Source: Nitrospirota bacterium (GTDB taxonomy: Bacteria > Nitrospirota > UBA9217). Taken from it: a stretch of DNA of 64,000 nt. Location of the stretch: the NCBI GenBank assembly GCA_963818475.1, contig CAWFSF010000003.1, forward strand, positions 112,731 to 176,730. The letters run 5' to 3'. Positions 1 to 10,883 of this stretch are shown here, in pieces. Every line of letters begins with the position of its first letter. Positions within the stretch are counted from its first letter, which is position 1. The notes under the pieces are model-generated. The model did not search any database and was not told the origin of the DNA. It saw nothing but the letters and a program-made list of their open reading frames with translations. Position numbers and translations under genes: made by a program.

Positions 1-868
1 CTGCCGTATCGCACAACCTTGCGTCACATAAGAATTCTGCCTCTCCTTTCAGAATGAGAATAGAGGAATCTGAGAGAACAATCTGTGACCAAGATCACCT
101 ATGACCGAAATGAAATTTGTCAGGCCGCACGAGTTGATTCTAAAGAGGCTCGAAAAGGAAGGGAATGGCAGAAGGGATTGAGCTGGCGAGTTGCTTCATT
201 GACGACAGGTTTTTCAAGGACCTTGGCGGAAAGGAGCAATTACGGTGTTAAATATCATCTAGCGACAATGATGTCATCAGTGAGATTTGATTCCAGAAGT
301 TTTTGAACCTATGAGGTTTCTTTGCGGGTAGTTGAGGCCGCTGGTGTGTCGGCAGAGAGGGATACCTGGACTTGCTGTTGGCGGAACCGCGGGCAGAGGG
401 CAAACCAGAGGCCTTTACAATATTCCTCCGATGAGAAAAGAGTGTGCGCGAACACATCTCTTGTAGATCTGCAGGGTTTCAAACGACTGCTTGGGAGTAG
501 TGGGCAATCCATATTTTCTCCTCATAAATTTAAAACTCATCACATTTACAAGGGCTATTTCTGCATTCTTCTTGCCATTTTAATCTGTAGGAAAATTAAG
601 TGGTTTCAGGAAGGCGCTCCGGAAATTGTGCCATTTTTCGCGAGCGGATGACATAATACGGCACTCGAAAGGAAACAACACGAGTTGTGAAGCAAGGAAA
701 GTACACGAGAGAAAGAAAAGTCGTTTCACGCGGAGGCGCGGAGACGCGGAGAAAACCTTACGATTCGTGTTTAGCTTCTCATCAATGGATAGTGCTGTGC
801 CTTGACAATATCCTTTAAATGGGTGACCCTACCGCCTCACCATAGTCACCTCGATCTATTTTCAATGT

Positions 869-2844
869 TCAGGATTGCTTTTCCGCTTTAGGGAAGAGCC
901 TGGCGATCACGATCATCAGGATCAGGGTCACCGCGCCGAGCACCGCGTAGAGCCCCCAGCTCTTGTCCTCGAACGCTCCCACGAAAGCGTTCTTGAACCC
1001 AGCGGAGCTTGCCGATTCGACGCTCCCCATCTCCACGGTCTTCGGCAGGACATCGGCCAGGTGCGCCTGCACCAGGGTCAGGTCGTACTTCGCCGGCGCT
1101 GACCTTCTCGTTCCCGCCGTAGAGCGCGTACTCCCCGGCAGCAGACGCCAGGAAGAGCAGCGCCGGCGCGGCGTAGCTCGCCTGCAGCTTGCGAAGCTCG
1201 ATAGGCCGGTTGTCGCCGTGCTCCATGGTGATGCGCAGCTTCTTCGCATCCAGCGGCAGGCCGGCGAGCGACAGCCGCAGGACCGATGAGGTCTGCGAAG
1301 CGTTCTGCCAGCGCATGGTCCTCCAGACCTGCCACCCCGCGCGCCCCTGGAGCGGCAACTCGAACTGCACCGTACGGTCGAAGATCCCGGCGGACTCGGC
1401 GGTGAGCTCCCGCAGGTCAGCTGACCGGTCCGGCAGCTCGACGGTCCAGAAGGTCCTGTTTTTCTTCTTGTCGTACTCAGGCGCTGCCGCAAGGTCGATC
1501 ACCTGCTCCTCGCTCGGGCCGGAAAAGTAAGGGACCTGGAGGCCGTCCTTCACGATCCGGACCGTGCCGAAGCCCGCGCGAAGGCTTGCGTCGCGGTTCA
1601 GCACCAGCCGGTAGTATCCTGCCTCAGTGACCTTCAGCCGCGATCTGCCAGCGGAACCCCTTCCCGTCAAAGGGCCCGCCCGCGACAGCATACTTCGCGA
1701 GCAGGCTTTCAGGCTGCCACTGGGAATTCTCCTGCATGGGAGAGAATGCGACAACGGCACTGACCTTCCGCTCCTTGTCCCCCGGCGTCTCCTTGATGTT
1801 CACCTGGGTCCCCAGGCCGGTCTGCGCTTGGTAGGTGCCGGCCTTGTCAGCGTAGAAGGTCATGCGCGGCAGGTTCACGACAATCGCCATGGACTTGACC
1901 GCGCCGACGTACCTGTTGCCCGGATCGAGCCGCAGCACGAGCGAGCGCGTGGCCCAGTAGCCGTTCACGGGGATCTCGAGCAGCGCGCCGTTTTTTCCCA
2001 CGGTCGTGACGCTGCCGGAGAACAGCTTCTCGAACTGCAGCTTGCCGCCGCTCACCACCTCGGACGCCCAGCTCCCAGTTGCCCTGGAACTGCGCCTCCG
2101 TCGCGAGCTCGATGTTCTTGATCCAGAGCCCCAGGCCCGGCAGGGTGGCAGCGAGGACTCGAACGCGGTCGTCGGTCTTGTCCGAGAACTTGAGCGGCAC
2201 GGACTGCTGAGCGTAAGTCCTGCGCAGCGTTCTTGCCCGAAAGGGTCACCGAGGTCACCGGCAGGGTCGTCTCGCGGAAACGTTTGTCGTAGCCCTTGAA
2301 GCTCAGGCGGAGTTTCTCGTAGATGGCTGGTTTGATGATGATCTCGGCAGCAAAGCGTCCCCCGGTCGAATAGAGGGCCGCGTTCTCAGCCAGCACGCGC
2401 CAGCCTTTTGCGTCCAAGCCCTCGATCTTCACGGTCCCCATGGTCTGCAGGGCATCCACGTCGATCCGGATTGTCTCGACGAGCAGGTCCTTCGGCGCGT
2501 CGGCTTCCCAGACGAGCATGCGCTTCTTGTCGAAGAGCAGGCGGCTGGGCTTGAGCGCAACGCTGCGCGGTCCGGTGTCGCCTTTCCAGAAGAGCTCGAA
2601 GGAGCGCGGATTGTCGTCCGGCCCGACCAGGGTCAGGTCCAGCTGCGAGGTCTTGGCCGCGCCGTCCGTCCCGAAGAAGACCCCGGCAGGCAGCACCGTC
2701 TCGATCAGCCCCGGCTGGGTGACCTGCGCCGATGGCCTGATAGTGCCATTGCTGGTCGGCCAGAGCGGGATTTGGAGATGCGATAAGGATAAGAACGAGG
2801 ATGATGAAGAACGTTGAAGTTCGGTACTGTTTCATGCAGGTCAC
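869..2844 (-). pseudogene. Secreted, C-terminally membrane-anchored protein (DUF3999-like), frame broken about 4 times
   Basis: Five overlapping minus-strand ORFs join into one protein if the frame is switched near 2700, 2055, 1700 and 1100. They are 2386..2844 (signal peptide MKQYRTSTFFIILVLILIASP), 2052..2696, 1624..2058, 888..1760 and 869..1492 (ending in TM helix WGLYAVLGAVTLILMIVIARLF). The family name comes from my memory of the DUF2339/DUF3999 gene pair and is unverified. Confidence 0.5.
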
Positions 2845-2913
2845 CTTTCTTCGAGGCCTTTATGATGTCATTGCGATAAGTGAAGCGACAAAGCGCGTTC
2901 TGCTTCGATCCGA

Positions 2914-3318
2914 TCAAACGCTCCAGTCCGCAATCTTCAGGTTCTTTATTTGCTTAAACTCTTTGGTATTATTGGTAACGAGGGTCGCGCCAAGCGCATG
3001 TGCGTGCGCACCGATCAGCATGTCCATCGACCCGATGGGCTTTCCCGCTCGTTCGAGCTCTGCCCGGATTGCTCCGTATTCCTGTGCCGCCTTTTCATCG
3101 AAGTCCGCGATTTCGAGCGAAAGAATGAACTCATCGAGGGCCTGCTGGTTTTTCTCTACGTGCCGGCTCTTGGATACGCCGTAGCGAAGCTCAGCAAGGG
3201 TTATGGATGAAATGCCGATATCGCCGATAGCGTGAGATTTGAAATGTTTGATCACTTTGGCGGGATTTTGTTTGATGAGGTAAATGCAGATATTCGTATC
3301 CAGCATATACTTCATCAA
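2914..3318 (-). CDS. vapC: VapC PIN-domain ribonuclease toxin
   Basis: 134 aa. It starts MMKYMLDTNICIYL and carries the acidic PIN residues (LDTN, LAEL, DMLIGAHA, TNN). It overlaps the upstream antitoxin gene by 4 nt. Confidence 0.85.
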   Translation of the reverse strand: MMKYMLDTNICIYLIKQNPAKVIKHFKSHAIGDIGISSITLAELRYGVSKSRHVEKNQQALDEFILSLEIADFDEKAAQEYGAIRAELERAGKPIGSMDMLIGAHAHALGATLVTNNTKEFKQIKNLKIADWSV

Positions 3319-3542
3319 AAGTCCTCCCGTTTTTGCATCTTCGGCTGCTTCCGTTCAACCATGAAGTCATCGGAAAATTTATCGAGGCTCTGGATCAGGG
3401 TGTCCCATGAGTTCTTTGTCGGGATCAGCACTACGACGTTTCCTGACTTCTTCACGTACACGTGGTCATCCTCGAAACGAAATTCCTTAGGCAGGCGAAC
3501 AGCCTGACTTTGTCCATTTTGAAACAGCTTTGCGGTCTTCAT
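3315..3542 (-). CDS. vapB: VapB antitoxin (AbrB/SpoVT fold)
   Basis: 75 aa, MKTAKLFQNGQSQAVRLPKEFRF is a typical AbrB-type swapped-hairpin N-terminus. It is translationally coupled to vapC. Confidence 0.8.
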   Translation of the reverse strand: MKTAKLFQNGQSQAVRLPKEFRFEDDHVYVKKSGNVVVLIPTKNSWDTLIQSLDKFSDDFMVERKQPKMQKREDF

Positions 3543-3730
3543 TACGCACCTCCAATTAGTCTATACGGTCAATATATACTAATTGAAATCAGATCGCAAG
3601 AGGCTTTTAGGTAATTGCAGTGCGATCAGTTGGCAATGTGCAAAGCCTAACATTAAAAGCTGGTCCCGTCGTCTTCGAGAAAAGGACTAAATGCTACAAA
3701 AGAGACTTGACCCTAAGATGTTCCTTCGCT

Positions 3731-4918
3731 CTAATGTTCCAAGCCGGTTACGATACCATTGGCTATGAAGCTGGAACCCGCCTCCAGCTCGAGTGTAAAT
3801 GTTTCCTCCGTTGAATCCCGTTCTATGATCTCGCGCAATCTGGCCTGCTGCATTCCTGTTCTGTCATTATAAAAATAGAAAGCATCTCCCGGTTGATACA
3901 GTCCAACGCTCCCTGCCTGGCGTTTACCCGGTTTATACGAACACCACCCCCTTCCCGCAACCAGAAATGGATGGTCCTCGGTTGTCGTTATTTCCGCCCC
4001 GTTGTCGAGTTTCAGCGTCAGCAGGCGCGAGTGAACCGCCTTGACAACCTTGGTAACTGTTGCAGCAGTCAGGGCCGGTTTACTGACATCGAATTGCTTT
4101 ACCCGGTCGCCGACCGCAATTGCTTCGATCGGCTTTTCCCCGTTTTCCAGCGCGATCTTCGTTCCTCTGGCAAGGCAGTGCACGTCCAAGCCGTCGAAAC
4201 GGATCTCGGTGATCACCGTGTCATCGTATGCATCGCCTTTGTACACTTCCATGATCTCGAATCTGAGCACAAGATCCTTGCCGTCGCTCGTCCTTCCGAG
4301 GGGACCCGCCAGCTTGAACGTCTGGAGCGCACGTGTGTCCTGGAGTTCAAGAATCGCGTACGGCCTGCCCGTTACCCACAGTTTCAGTTTTTTCACGCGC
4401 GAGTTCTTTTTCCAGGCTTCTTCGCTTTTTATATACCCGTTGTAGATCAGGATATCCGTGACCCGCGGACTATTGTTTTTGAAGAAGCATTCGAGATACT
4501 GTCCTTCTCCATACCCCTGCACGCCCTCGACCCAGGCATTCTTGAAACTGTTGTCATGGGCATTCTCCGCGTCATAGGTGACATTCCCCGAGGGTTTGAG
4601 CGCGGACGACGCGGCCACCTTGTACGGCCCCCCGCCGCAGTACCAGCTGCAGCCCTGATCTTCGATGTCCCAGATTCCGAAGTCTTCGGATTCTCCCAGT
4701 CTAAGCATCAGCTCTTTCTCCCGGTCAGTCAATTCGTCCGAGAGGCCCTTTCTCACCTTTTCAATCGCTTTGTCTCTCTGCTCGAATTCATTCTGCCTCC
4801 GTATGCTCAGATCGGGAACGTCGCCGATTTTCGGCTTCAGAACAGGCAGGTTCTGCGGCTGCCCGAAAGCCGAAACGACAAACATGAAGAGCGTTAAAAA
4901 AAAGCCAAATTTTTTCAT
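3731..4918 (-). CDS. Secreted protein with a jelly-roll/discoidin-like domain and a C-terminal Hint (bacterial intein-like) autoprocessing domain
   Basis: Signal peptide MKKFGFFLTLFMFVVSAFG. Central motif CSWYCGGG...NAWVEGVQGYGEGQYLE...ILIYNGYIKS. The C-terminal Hint module starts at Cys (CLARGTKIALENGEKPIEAIAVGDRV), continues HPFLV and ends FIANGIVTGLEH. Confidence 0.7.
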   Translation of the reverse strand: MKKFGFFLTLFMFVVSAFGQPQNLPVLKPKIGDVPDLSIRRQNEFEQRDKAIEKVRKGLSDELTDREKELMLRLGESEDFGIWDIEDQGCSWYCGGGPYKVAASSALKPSGNVTYDAENAHDNSFKNAWVEGVQGYGEGQYLECFFKNNSPRVTDILIYNGYIKSEEAWKKNSRVKKLKLWVTGRPYAILELQDTRALQTFKLAGPLGRTSDGKDLVLRFEIMEVYKGDAYDDTVITEIRFDGLDVHCLARGTKIALENGEKPIEAIAVGDRVKQFDVSKPALTAATVTKVVKAVHSRLLTLKLDNGAEITTTEDHPFLVAGRGWCSYKPGKRQAGSVGLYQPGDAFYFYNDRTGMQQARLREIIERDSTEETFTLELEAGSSFIANGIVTGLEH

Positions 4919-4970
4919 TTTGGTAATCTCCCTTGCCGTTGAATATCTGCCCCACGTTAGTTTATTGCTA

Positions 4971-5594
4971 CTATTCCTTAACGGCTAATCGCGCATTCAC
5001 ACTTTCCAGAAATGCGGCAGCTTCCGCTGCATGAGTCATGGCAAGCAAATGACCGGCTTCTTCAACGATCTCGCATCCGGCTGCCGGACAGGGTATGACG
5101 TGGTCCTTCCTGCCGTGAAGGCGGTATATCTTACCTGTCGGACCACCTGGCCATCCCATGAAGGCAGGTAGGCACACATCGCTCGGATGAATTCTGGATC
5201 GGAATCCGCAAACATCGTACTCACCAGACTTCGATGCTTTCCGACGAGAGCCTGAATTATCGTTACAGGGGCTGCGTTAGCAAGCGGAGACAGCAGCGAA
5301 AGCATCGGCTGTACTTCCTTTCGGTTTACGGCACTGCCGAGCAGGATTACGGCCTTCGGACTCGACCAGTTGGGCGATCTCAAGAGCAACCATGCCCCCG
5401 AGGGAAGATCCACCCACAACGTCATCAGCGCCGATATCGTTTTCCTTGATGACTCTCCGGGCCACGTCTGCGTACGTTTTCTCACCGCGATATTCAGGCC
5501 AGTTGAGAAAGTTGACTTTGAATCCCAGCTTATGCTTCAGCCCGTTGTACATGGCATCTGTTGCGCCCATTCCGGGCAGTAAGAACCATCTCAT
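4971..5594 (-). pseudogene. Alpha/beta-fold hydrolase, split into 3 frames
   Basis: ORFs 5277..5594 (GSSLGG nucleophile elbow), 5036..5485 and 4971..5177 (C-terminal GRKDHVIP...EEAGHL with the catalytic His region) are colinear pieces of one hydrolase of about 205 aa. Confidence 0.5.
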
Positions 5595-5809
5595 GATGAC
5601 TCAGCTTTCTTTTCCAACTCTGGCTAAAACTCACGCAAGGAATCGAGCAATATTGGCGAAGAACGACAAATGTCAAGACGCAAGACCCTAAAGGTTCCAC
5701 TAATAGCTCTTTAGAGCCGATACCATAACAAAGGACCTGACCCTGTTGGGCCCCATGTCTCTAGGAAGAAATACTATGAAAAGGGAATTCACTGCGGATT
5801 AACGACGTT

Positions 5810-6914
5810 TCATCTTCTTCTGTGAAAACTAATAGTATCAATGGAAAATTCGAGGATCTGTTCTGACCGTGTATTAAAAATTACACTGGCTTCAAAATCT
5901 GCAGAGAAATATGTTTCAACGTGGCTTTCCATGCCTTCTAGCTCTGCATTGATGAACACCTTGTCGAATGCTATTATATTGCCAAAGTACTCTTCGATAG
6001 GAATCACGAGCTTTGCTACTACAGTGAGGAGAGTGAATCGATATTCGATATAGATATCATCGCCGGAAACTTCGGTAAAATTAACTATTTCGGGATATTC
6101 AACTCCCTCAAAATCAACAAAACTGATTCGCTCCATGTGCTTTATACATTCTTGTGGATAGTCATCCTCTTCGAGAAGAACCTTGCATTCATGAATAGGC
6201 AGCTCGTTCAAAGTGTTTATCCCAGCGTCGGTAGCGAAGTCTTCAAGCATGTTGCCATATTTTTCTTGGAATTTATCGTGATTGAAGCTATGTATGCCTT
6301 TCTCGATATTTTTTTCGACGAAATCTTTTAGTGAGATGTATAGCTGGAACTCGTTCAATACGTTATTTGAAGTAAGATCATCACGTAAATCTTTATGCAA
6401 AGCGACTGTCGAATCATTGATCTCAAAAAAATCATTCGTATTTGCGTTGATGAATGCGACGCATTCATCTTTATTAAGTTTTTTTAGATGCTGGATTGTG
6501 GAAAGCCAGATCAGGGCATCTCGATATCCTTTTTCTTCGAGCACGAAAGGGTCTCTGACCTTTTATAGCCTTGCGTACAAGAATATCGTGTGTTACTAGA
6601 TCGTGTTCTATAATATCAACGTTATCAAATTTTTCTGCAATTATTTTGGCAAAATCATACTCTATGCTGTTTTGTGCCGGCCCTTCGATTTTCATATCGA
6701 TTTTAAGGTCGCTACATCTCCTCGATATTTTCTCGATTTCTTCGAGCGTCGCCTTTGATTCGGAATCGAACTTATTTTTCAATTCCATGCAAACGACTCT
6801 CGGAAGCAGAAGCCTTGCATTCGTATTGTTTGCGAAGTTAGCAAGCAAGGAGAACTGTGGACTCTTCAAGAACCAGTTGTTAAAGAATATATTGGTATCT
6901 ATTATAATGTACAT
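5810..6914 (-). CDS. PIN-like domain protein (DUF4935-like), one apparent frameshift near 6545
   Basis: The N-terminus MYIIIDTNIFFNNWF...LLLPRVVCMELKNK (ORF 6474..6914) continues as EEKGYRDALIWLSTIQHL (ORF 5810..6544). This is the most AT-rich coding segment of the window. The family assignment is from memory. Confidence 0.5.
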
Positions 6915-7208
6915 ATCTCTTACCGTCTTAAAAGAATCAACTAAGAGCTAGTCGTCCGTTGCGTTAATGTATATATCCCTGATTCTACCATCCCATATAA
7001 CGTTGTTGTTGAAATTGCATTACGTAATGAAACGCAACGGGTGCAACAACGTCACTCGGGCGCGGACAATTTTTATGCTGCTGCGAAATAGGTGCAGAAT
7101 GTTCAAGGACATCGTATATTCATAACAGTACCTAATTCCCCCTGATGGTTTGTGAAGAAAATCACAAATTCCATCAACATCCCGGAAACGGTCTCACGCG
7201 GCGGTTTT

Positions 7209-9695
7209 TCACTCCCTTCTTACCCTGACAGGTATCGTCGTAGTCACGCCGATCTGAATTGCGACCGGCGTATAAATATCCACAGCCAGATCGGGGGTAT
7301 TAATGGAAACAATTAAGGAGTAACGGCATCGTTTATTCCATCGCTCTAGTTGATGTCGTTCCCTCCACCAGCCAACAGCAGGATAAACGGCAATTAAATT
7401 CGATGTTGCAAGATCGGCAGCTGTTCCTTGCCAAATATCGGAGTGTATGGAGCCGACGTTACGGGCTTCTCCAATAAGCCATTTGTCCCGTGGACCTTCG
7501 GTACCCGGATGTTCTCCCTCATCATCTCGTGCTTGCGTATTCACGCGCTGCACAAACTCATCTTCCGTTTCGCTTGGTCCATTCATTTCAAATCTAAGAG
7601 CATGGGAAGCATATCTATAGCGGTTGTCCCATCCGATTTCGCCCGGTCCTGGCTCAACAAAGTAAGAGAGTGTGATCCGCATTTTTACCAGCGTCTCACC
7701 CAATTCAGTTAAAACTTCGGATGGCCACGGCAGTTTGTACAGATGCATATCCTTGGTAACATATCGAGAGTCTATCTTATCAAAGGGTTGCAAGTCAGTT
7801 TCTGAAATCAAAGTCAATGAATTAGCCGCGCAGTATAACGCTCGCTCAAGATTCGGAACGCCGTATCCGCAAATGCGAAGCAATCTTGCGTAATCTTGTT
7901 TGGTAGGTTCAAGAGTGTTTATGAATTGCGCTTTCATCACATCGGTCCAATCGGCGGTGTGCACGATCATGGCGCGTACCGTTTCAGGCCAGAAACTCGG
8001 ATATTGAGTCTGTATTTGTGCAGCCATCCACGCGGCCTGTCCAACTGCGGCGCTTGTAGCATGAAATGGTGCAAATTGTTCCACATGTGGTTCATGCGAC
8101 GTGGAAAGTAGCTTAAGATCCTCAGGGTCATACATAGAGTCATTGGGTCCGCGCGCTACATTCCCCCCTTCAAAAACAACGTCAGGTTTGATAGGCCATT
8201 TGCGCGGACTCCAAGTAGAAGAAGTAGTGCTATATGGGGAAAGTCCGCCTGAAGGTGCGAGGGGAGTAAAAGCACTGAGAGTCACGTCAGCTATATGCGT
8301 TTTTTCGGTAAAGGCACCGACCGTAAGGGCATTCCAAGCTTGCCCCGGGTCATGAACTTGGTTCGTAAGGTTGTCAGTTGGATAATTGCGCCAATTGATC
8401 GGATCTTCAACATTACCTGCGCTCAGCACTATGAGCCGGTGAATGTCGCCTTCATATCCCGAGGCTAATTCATCCACCATGGCCGACCAAGAGGAAGGTC
8501 GTCCTCGATCACGGTCTTCCGTTGAAGTTATTGCCAGGCACACAATTCGCTTACGCTGAGGCGCTTGAATTTCAGCGAGCGAAATTCCTTGTGAGGTCAT
8601 GTGACCCCATAATCTTTTTTGATTTTCTGCGGGCGGAGGTGGCAGGATTTTTGCGGATTCCAGACGATGGCCTACGTAGACCGGGTCTCGGCTATTGAGT
8701 AAAGCAAGCAAATCACCATAGGCTGCTGTTCCAGCCATCAGGGTCCCATGACCCTTATGGTCATGCACCCCCCATGAGGGATCGATTGCGTGGCGGTCGC
8801 TGTTGTTCAGGACTGGCTGGAGGAGTAAGTGCCCGTTGTTTACTCCCATGTCGAGAATGCAGATTGACACGCCCGCGTTATCATTAAAGTCGGTACGGCT
8901 TAGCAATTCCCGTACACGTTCCACTTGCTCGCGATTTTGCAGTTCAATAAAAAAGGTTGCTACTTGCTTAGCAGCGCGATACTCAGAAATGTCATCAGAA
9001 GACTCGGCCAAGCGTTCCAATTGGCTCCGATTTGCTTTTATAAGCATCACTTGTCGTTCGGGAAACTTCAGGACACCCTCAGATGCCTCGATGTTAACCT
9101 CTCTAAGTAATGCTTCAAAGCGCGACAAAATCTCCACCTTATCGCCTTGCAGCCACACTTCGACCCATTCAGGATCGTCACCTGGTATCAAATCATTTTC
9201 ATCTGAACGCCAGAAGGATTTCAAGACCGCTTTGCGAATATCGGAAATGCTATCAACTAATTTGGCATTTTTCGGCTTATTGCTTGGCCCATGCTCCAGC
9301 GCGTATGCCTCAATCTTCTTGAGAAAATACCCCCGTTGCCTGTGCGGGACATAAACGGTTGCGAGTGTGCGTTGTGACGATTCGCCTCCTTCTTTACGAA
9401 TATTCAGAAGACGAATTCCTGATCGAATATTTTCGAGACTTTGAATTGCTAAATCGAACCCCGGTTCGCTCTCAAATTCAAGATACGCACCATGACGTTC
9501 AACCTGAACAACGGCCAGTTGCCGATCAACTTCACTCCACGTTTGCCGAAGACGCTCTTGCAGATAAGCACTGTGAAGATCGCGGTCTCTATTTTTCGGG
9601 ATGCGGTCGGTAGAACTGCCCCGCCGTGGGTTGGTATACCCCTGAGTGCGTGAAGGTCCTGACAATAATATGTGTCTATAATGCTCTCCAGCCAT
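7209..9695 (-). CDS. S8 subtilase-family serine protease with a long N-terminal non-catalytic region (IetS-like)
   Basis: 828 aa. Catalytic triad contexts are ICILDMGVNNGH (Asp), HKGHGTLMAGTAAYG (His) and FHATSAAVGQAAW (Ser). There is no signal peptide. It starts 19 nt downstream of the AAA ATPase gene. Confidence 0.8.
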   Translation of the reverse strand: MAGEHYRHILLSGPSRTQGYTNPRRGSSTDRIPKNRDRDLHSAYLQERLRQTWSEVDRQLAVVQVERHGAYLEFESEPGFDLAIQSLENIRSGIRLLNIRKEGGESSQRTLATVYVPHRQRGYFLKKIEAYALEHGPSNKPKNAKLVDSISDIRKAVLKSFWRSDENDLIPGDDPEWVEVWLQGDKVEILSRFEALLREVNIEASEGVLKFPERQVMLIKANRSQLERLAESSDDISEYRAAKQVATFFIELQNREQVERVRELLSRTDFNDNAGVSICILDMGVNNGHLLLQPVLNNSDRHAIDPSWGVHDHKGHGTLMAGTAAYGDLLALLNSRDPVYVGHRLESAKILPPPPAENQKRLWGHMTSQGISLAEIQAPQRKRIVCLAITSTEDRDRGRPSSWSAMVDELASGYEGDIHRLIVLSAGNVEDPINWRNYPTDNLTNQVHDPGQAWNALTVGAFTEKTHIADVTLSAFTPLAPSGGLSPYSTTSSTWSPRKWPIKPDVVFEGGNVARGPNDSMYDPEDLKLLSTSHEPHVEQFAPFHATSAAVGQAAWMAAQIQTQYPSFWPETVRAMIVHTADWTDVMKAQFINTLEPTKQDYARLLRICGYGVPNLERALYCAANSLTLISETDLQPFDKIDSRYVTKDMHLYKLPWPSEVLTELGETLVKMRITLSYFVEPGPGEIGWDNRYRYASHALRFEMNGPSETEDEFVQRVNTQARDDEGEHPGTEGPRDKWLIGEARNVGSIHSDIWQGTAADLATSNLIAVYPAVGWWRERHQLERWNKRCRYSLIVSINTPDLAVDIYTPVAIQIGVTTTIPVRVRRE

Positions 9696-9714
9696 GCGGC
9701 TTTTATCCTCTTAA

Positions 9715-10671
9715 TTACTGGTGAATGCTCTGACGTTCCTTCAGCATTTGTAGCAAGAAAGCTGGGCTAACCTTCTCCTTATCAGAGAGAATGGTCTGTT
9801 TTATCGCATCCCGACAGGCTTGGTCGATTTCAGCATGACTCAAACCATTCGATTCAGAAACCGCATCTTTCCATGAAAATTTAACCGCGAGAAATGAACT
9901 CAATAGATTTTGCATTAAGCGCTTCCTGGCCTGATCATCCGGTAGTTTATAGTAGAGCACATCGTCAAAGCGGCGAAACAGTGCCCGGTCCAATAATTTT
10001 GGGCTGTTTGAGGCAGCGACTATCAAGCTATCTGAAGTGTCCTGTTCGATGAATTGCAAAAAAGCATTCAGAACCCGGCGCATTTCACCTACGTCGTTGT
10101 CCATAGATCGCTCACCGCCGATAGCATCGAATTCATCGAATAGATACACCCCTGGCTCCTGCTGGATCAGCTCGAATATCTGTCTGAGCTTGGCACTGGT
10201 TTCTCCCATGAACTTTGTAACCATCTTGTCGACCTGAACGGTATTAAGAGTTAGTCGTAATTCATTTGCCAATACCTGAGTTGTCATTGTTTTGCCCGTC
10301 CCGGGTGGCCCTACAAGTAATATTTTTCGCCGATGGGACAGACCGTGGCTCTTCAGTTTTTCCTGCTGCCGATATTCATGAATAATCCGATCAACCCGGT
10401 TCATAAGACTGTCCGGCATCACGAGGGTCGCCTTGGACGTTTTCGGTTGCTCTGACAGCACGAGACCCCGCAAATCTTGAGGAAACTTCAGTACTCGCGG
10501 ACCCCTTTCCTTCCGTGCCTTATCAACAATTTCACGGATATCGACCGCTAAAGCACCGTGCCCCTGCTGAGATTCATGCGCCGCTACCTGAAGAGCTGTA
10601 GTGAAAAAACGCTCAGGATCGCTGCTGAAATGCGATCGGATAAGTGCTTTTAATTGTTCCGCAGTCGCCAT
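9715..10671 (-). CDS. AAA+ ATPase (IetA-like)
   Basis: 318 aa. Walker A LLVGPPGTGKTMT, Walker B VYLFDEFDAIG, sensor-1 VAASN and an arginine finger region RRFD. It is co-oriented with, and immediately upstream of, the S8 protease. Confidence 0.85.
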   Translation of the reverse strand: MATAEQLKALIRSHFSSDPERFFTTALQVAAHESQQGHGALAVDIREIVDKARKERGPRVLKFPQDLRGLVLSEQPKTSKATLVMPDSLMNRVDRIIHEYRQQEKLKSHGLSHRRKILLVGPPGTGKTMTTQVLANELRLTLNTVQVDKMVTKFMGETSAKLRQIFELIQQEPGVYLFDEFDAIGGERSMDNDVGEMRRVLNAFLQFIEQDTSDSLIVAASNSPKLLDRALFRRFDDVLYYKLPDDQARKRLMQNLLSSFLAVKFSWKDAVSESNGLSHAEIDQACRDAIKQTILSDKEKVSPAFLLQMLKERQSIHQ

Positions 10672-10883
10672 ATTGTTACCTCATGCCTACATATAAAAGC
10701 TCAATTTGTAGTAGATTAACACACCTCACTAAAGATTTATAGTTTTTTTCATCTACGAATTCAGGGGACGTTGTGGCCCAGGTGTCGTTTCGTCCCACCC
10801 CCAAGAAGAACTCAAAGGGTCTTTTGATATAACGCTTCCGTTTCTCTCGGCGCGACTCCGTTGTTTCTAATTATGCTTCCCCC

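Noticed and set aside
1-868. Short ORFs at the left edge (85..306 +, 248..457 -, 309..512 -, 322..651 +)
   Set aside because: They overlap one another with no RBS, motif or coherent composition. I treat the region as non-coding or as degraded sequence. It contains one cgcggaggcgcggagacgcggag repeat-like string.
3893-4897. 334-aa plus-strand ORF opposite the Hint-domain gene
   Set aside because: It is antisense to a gene with a clear signal peptide and Hint motifs, and its translation has no recognisable features.
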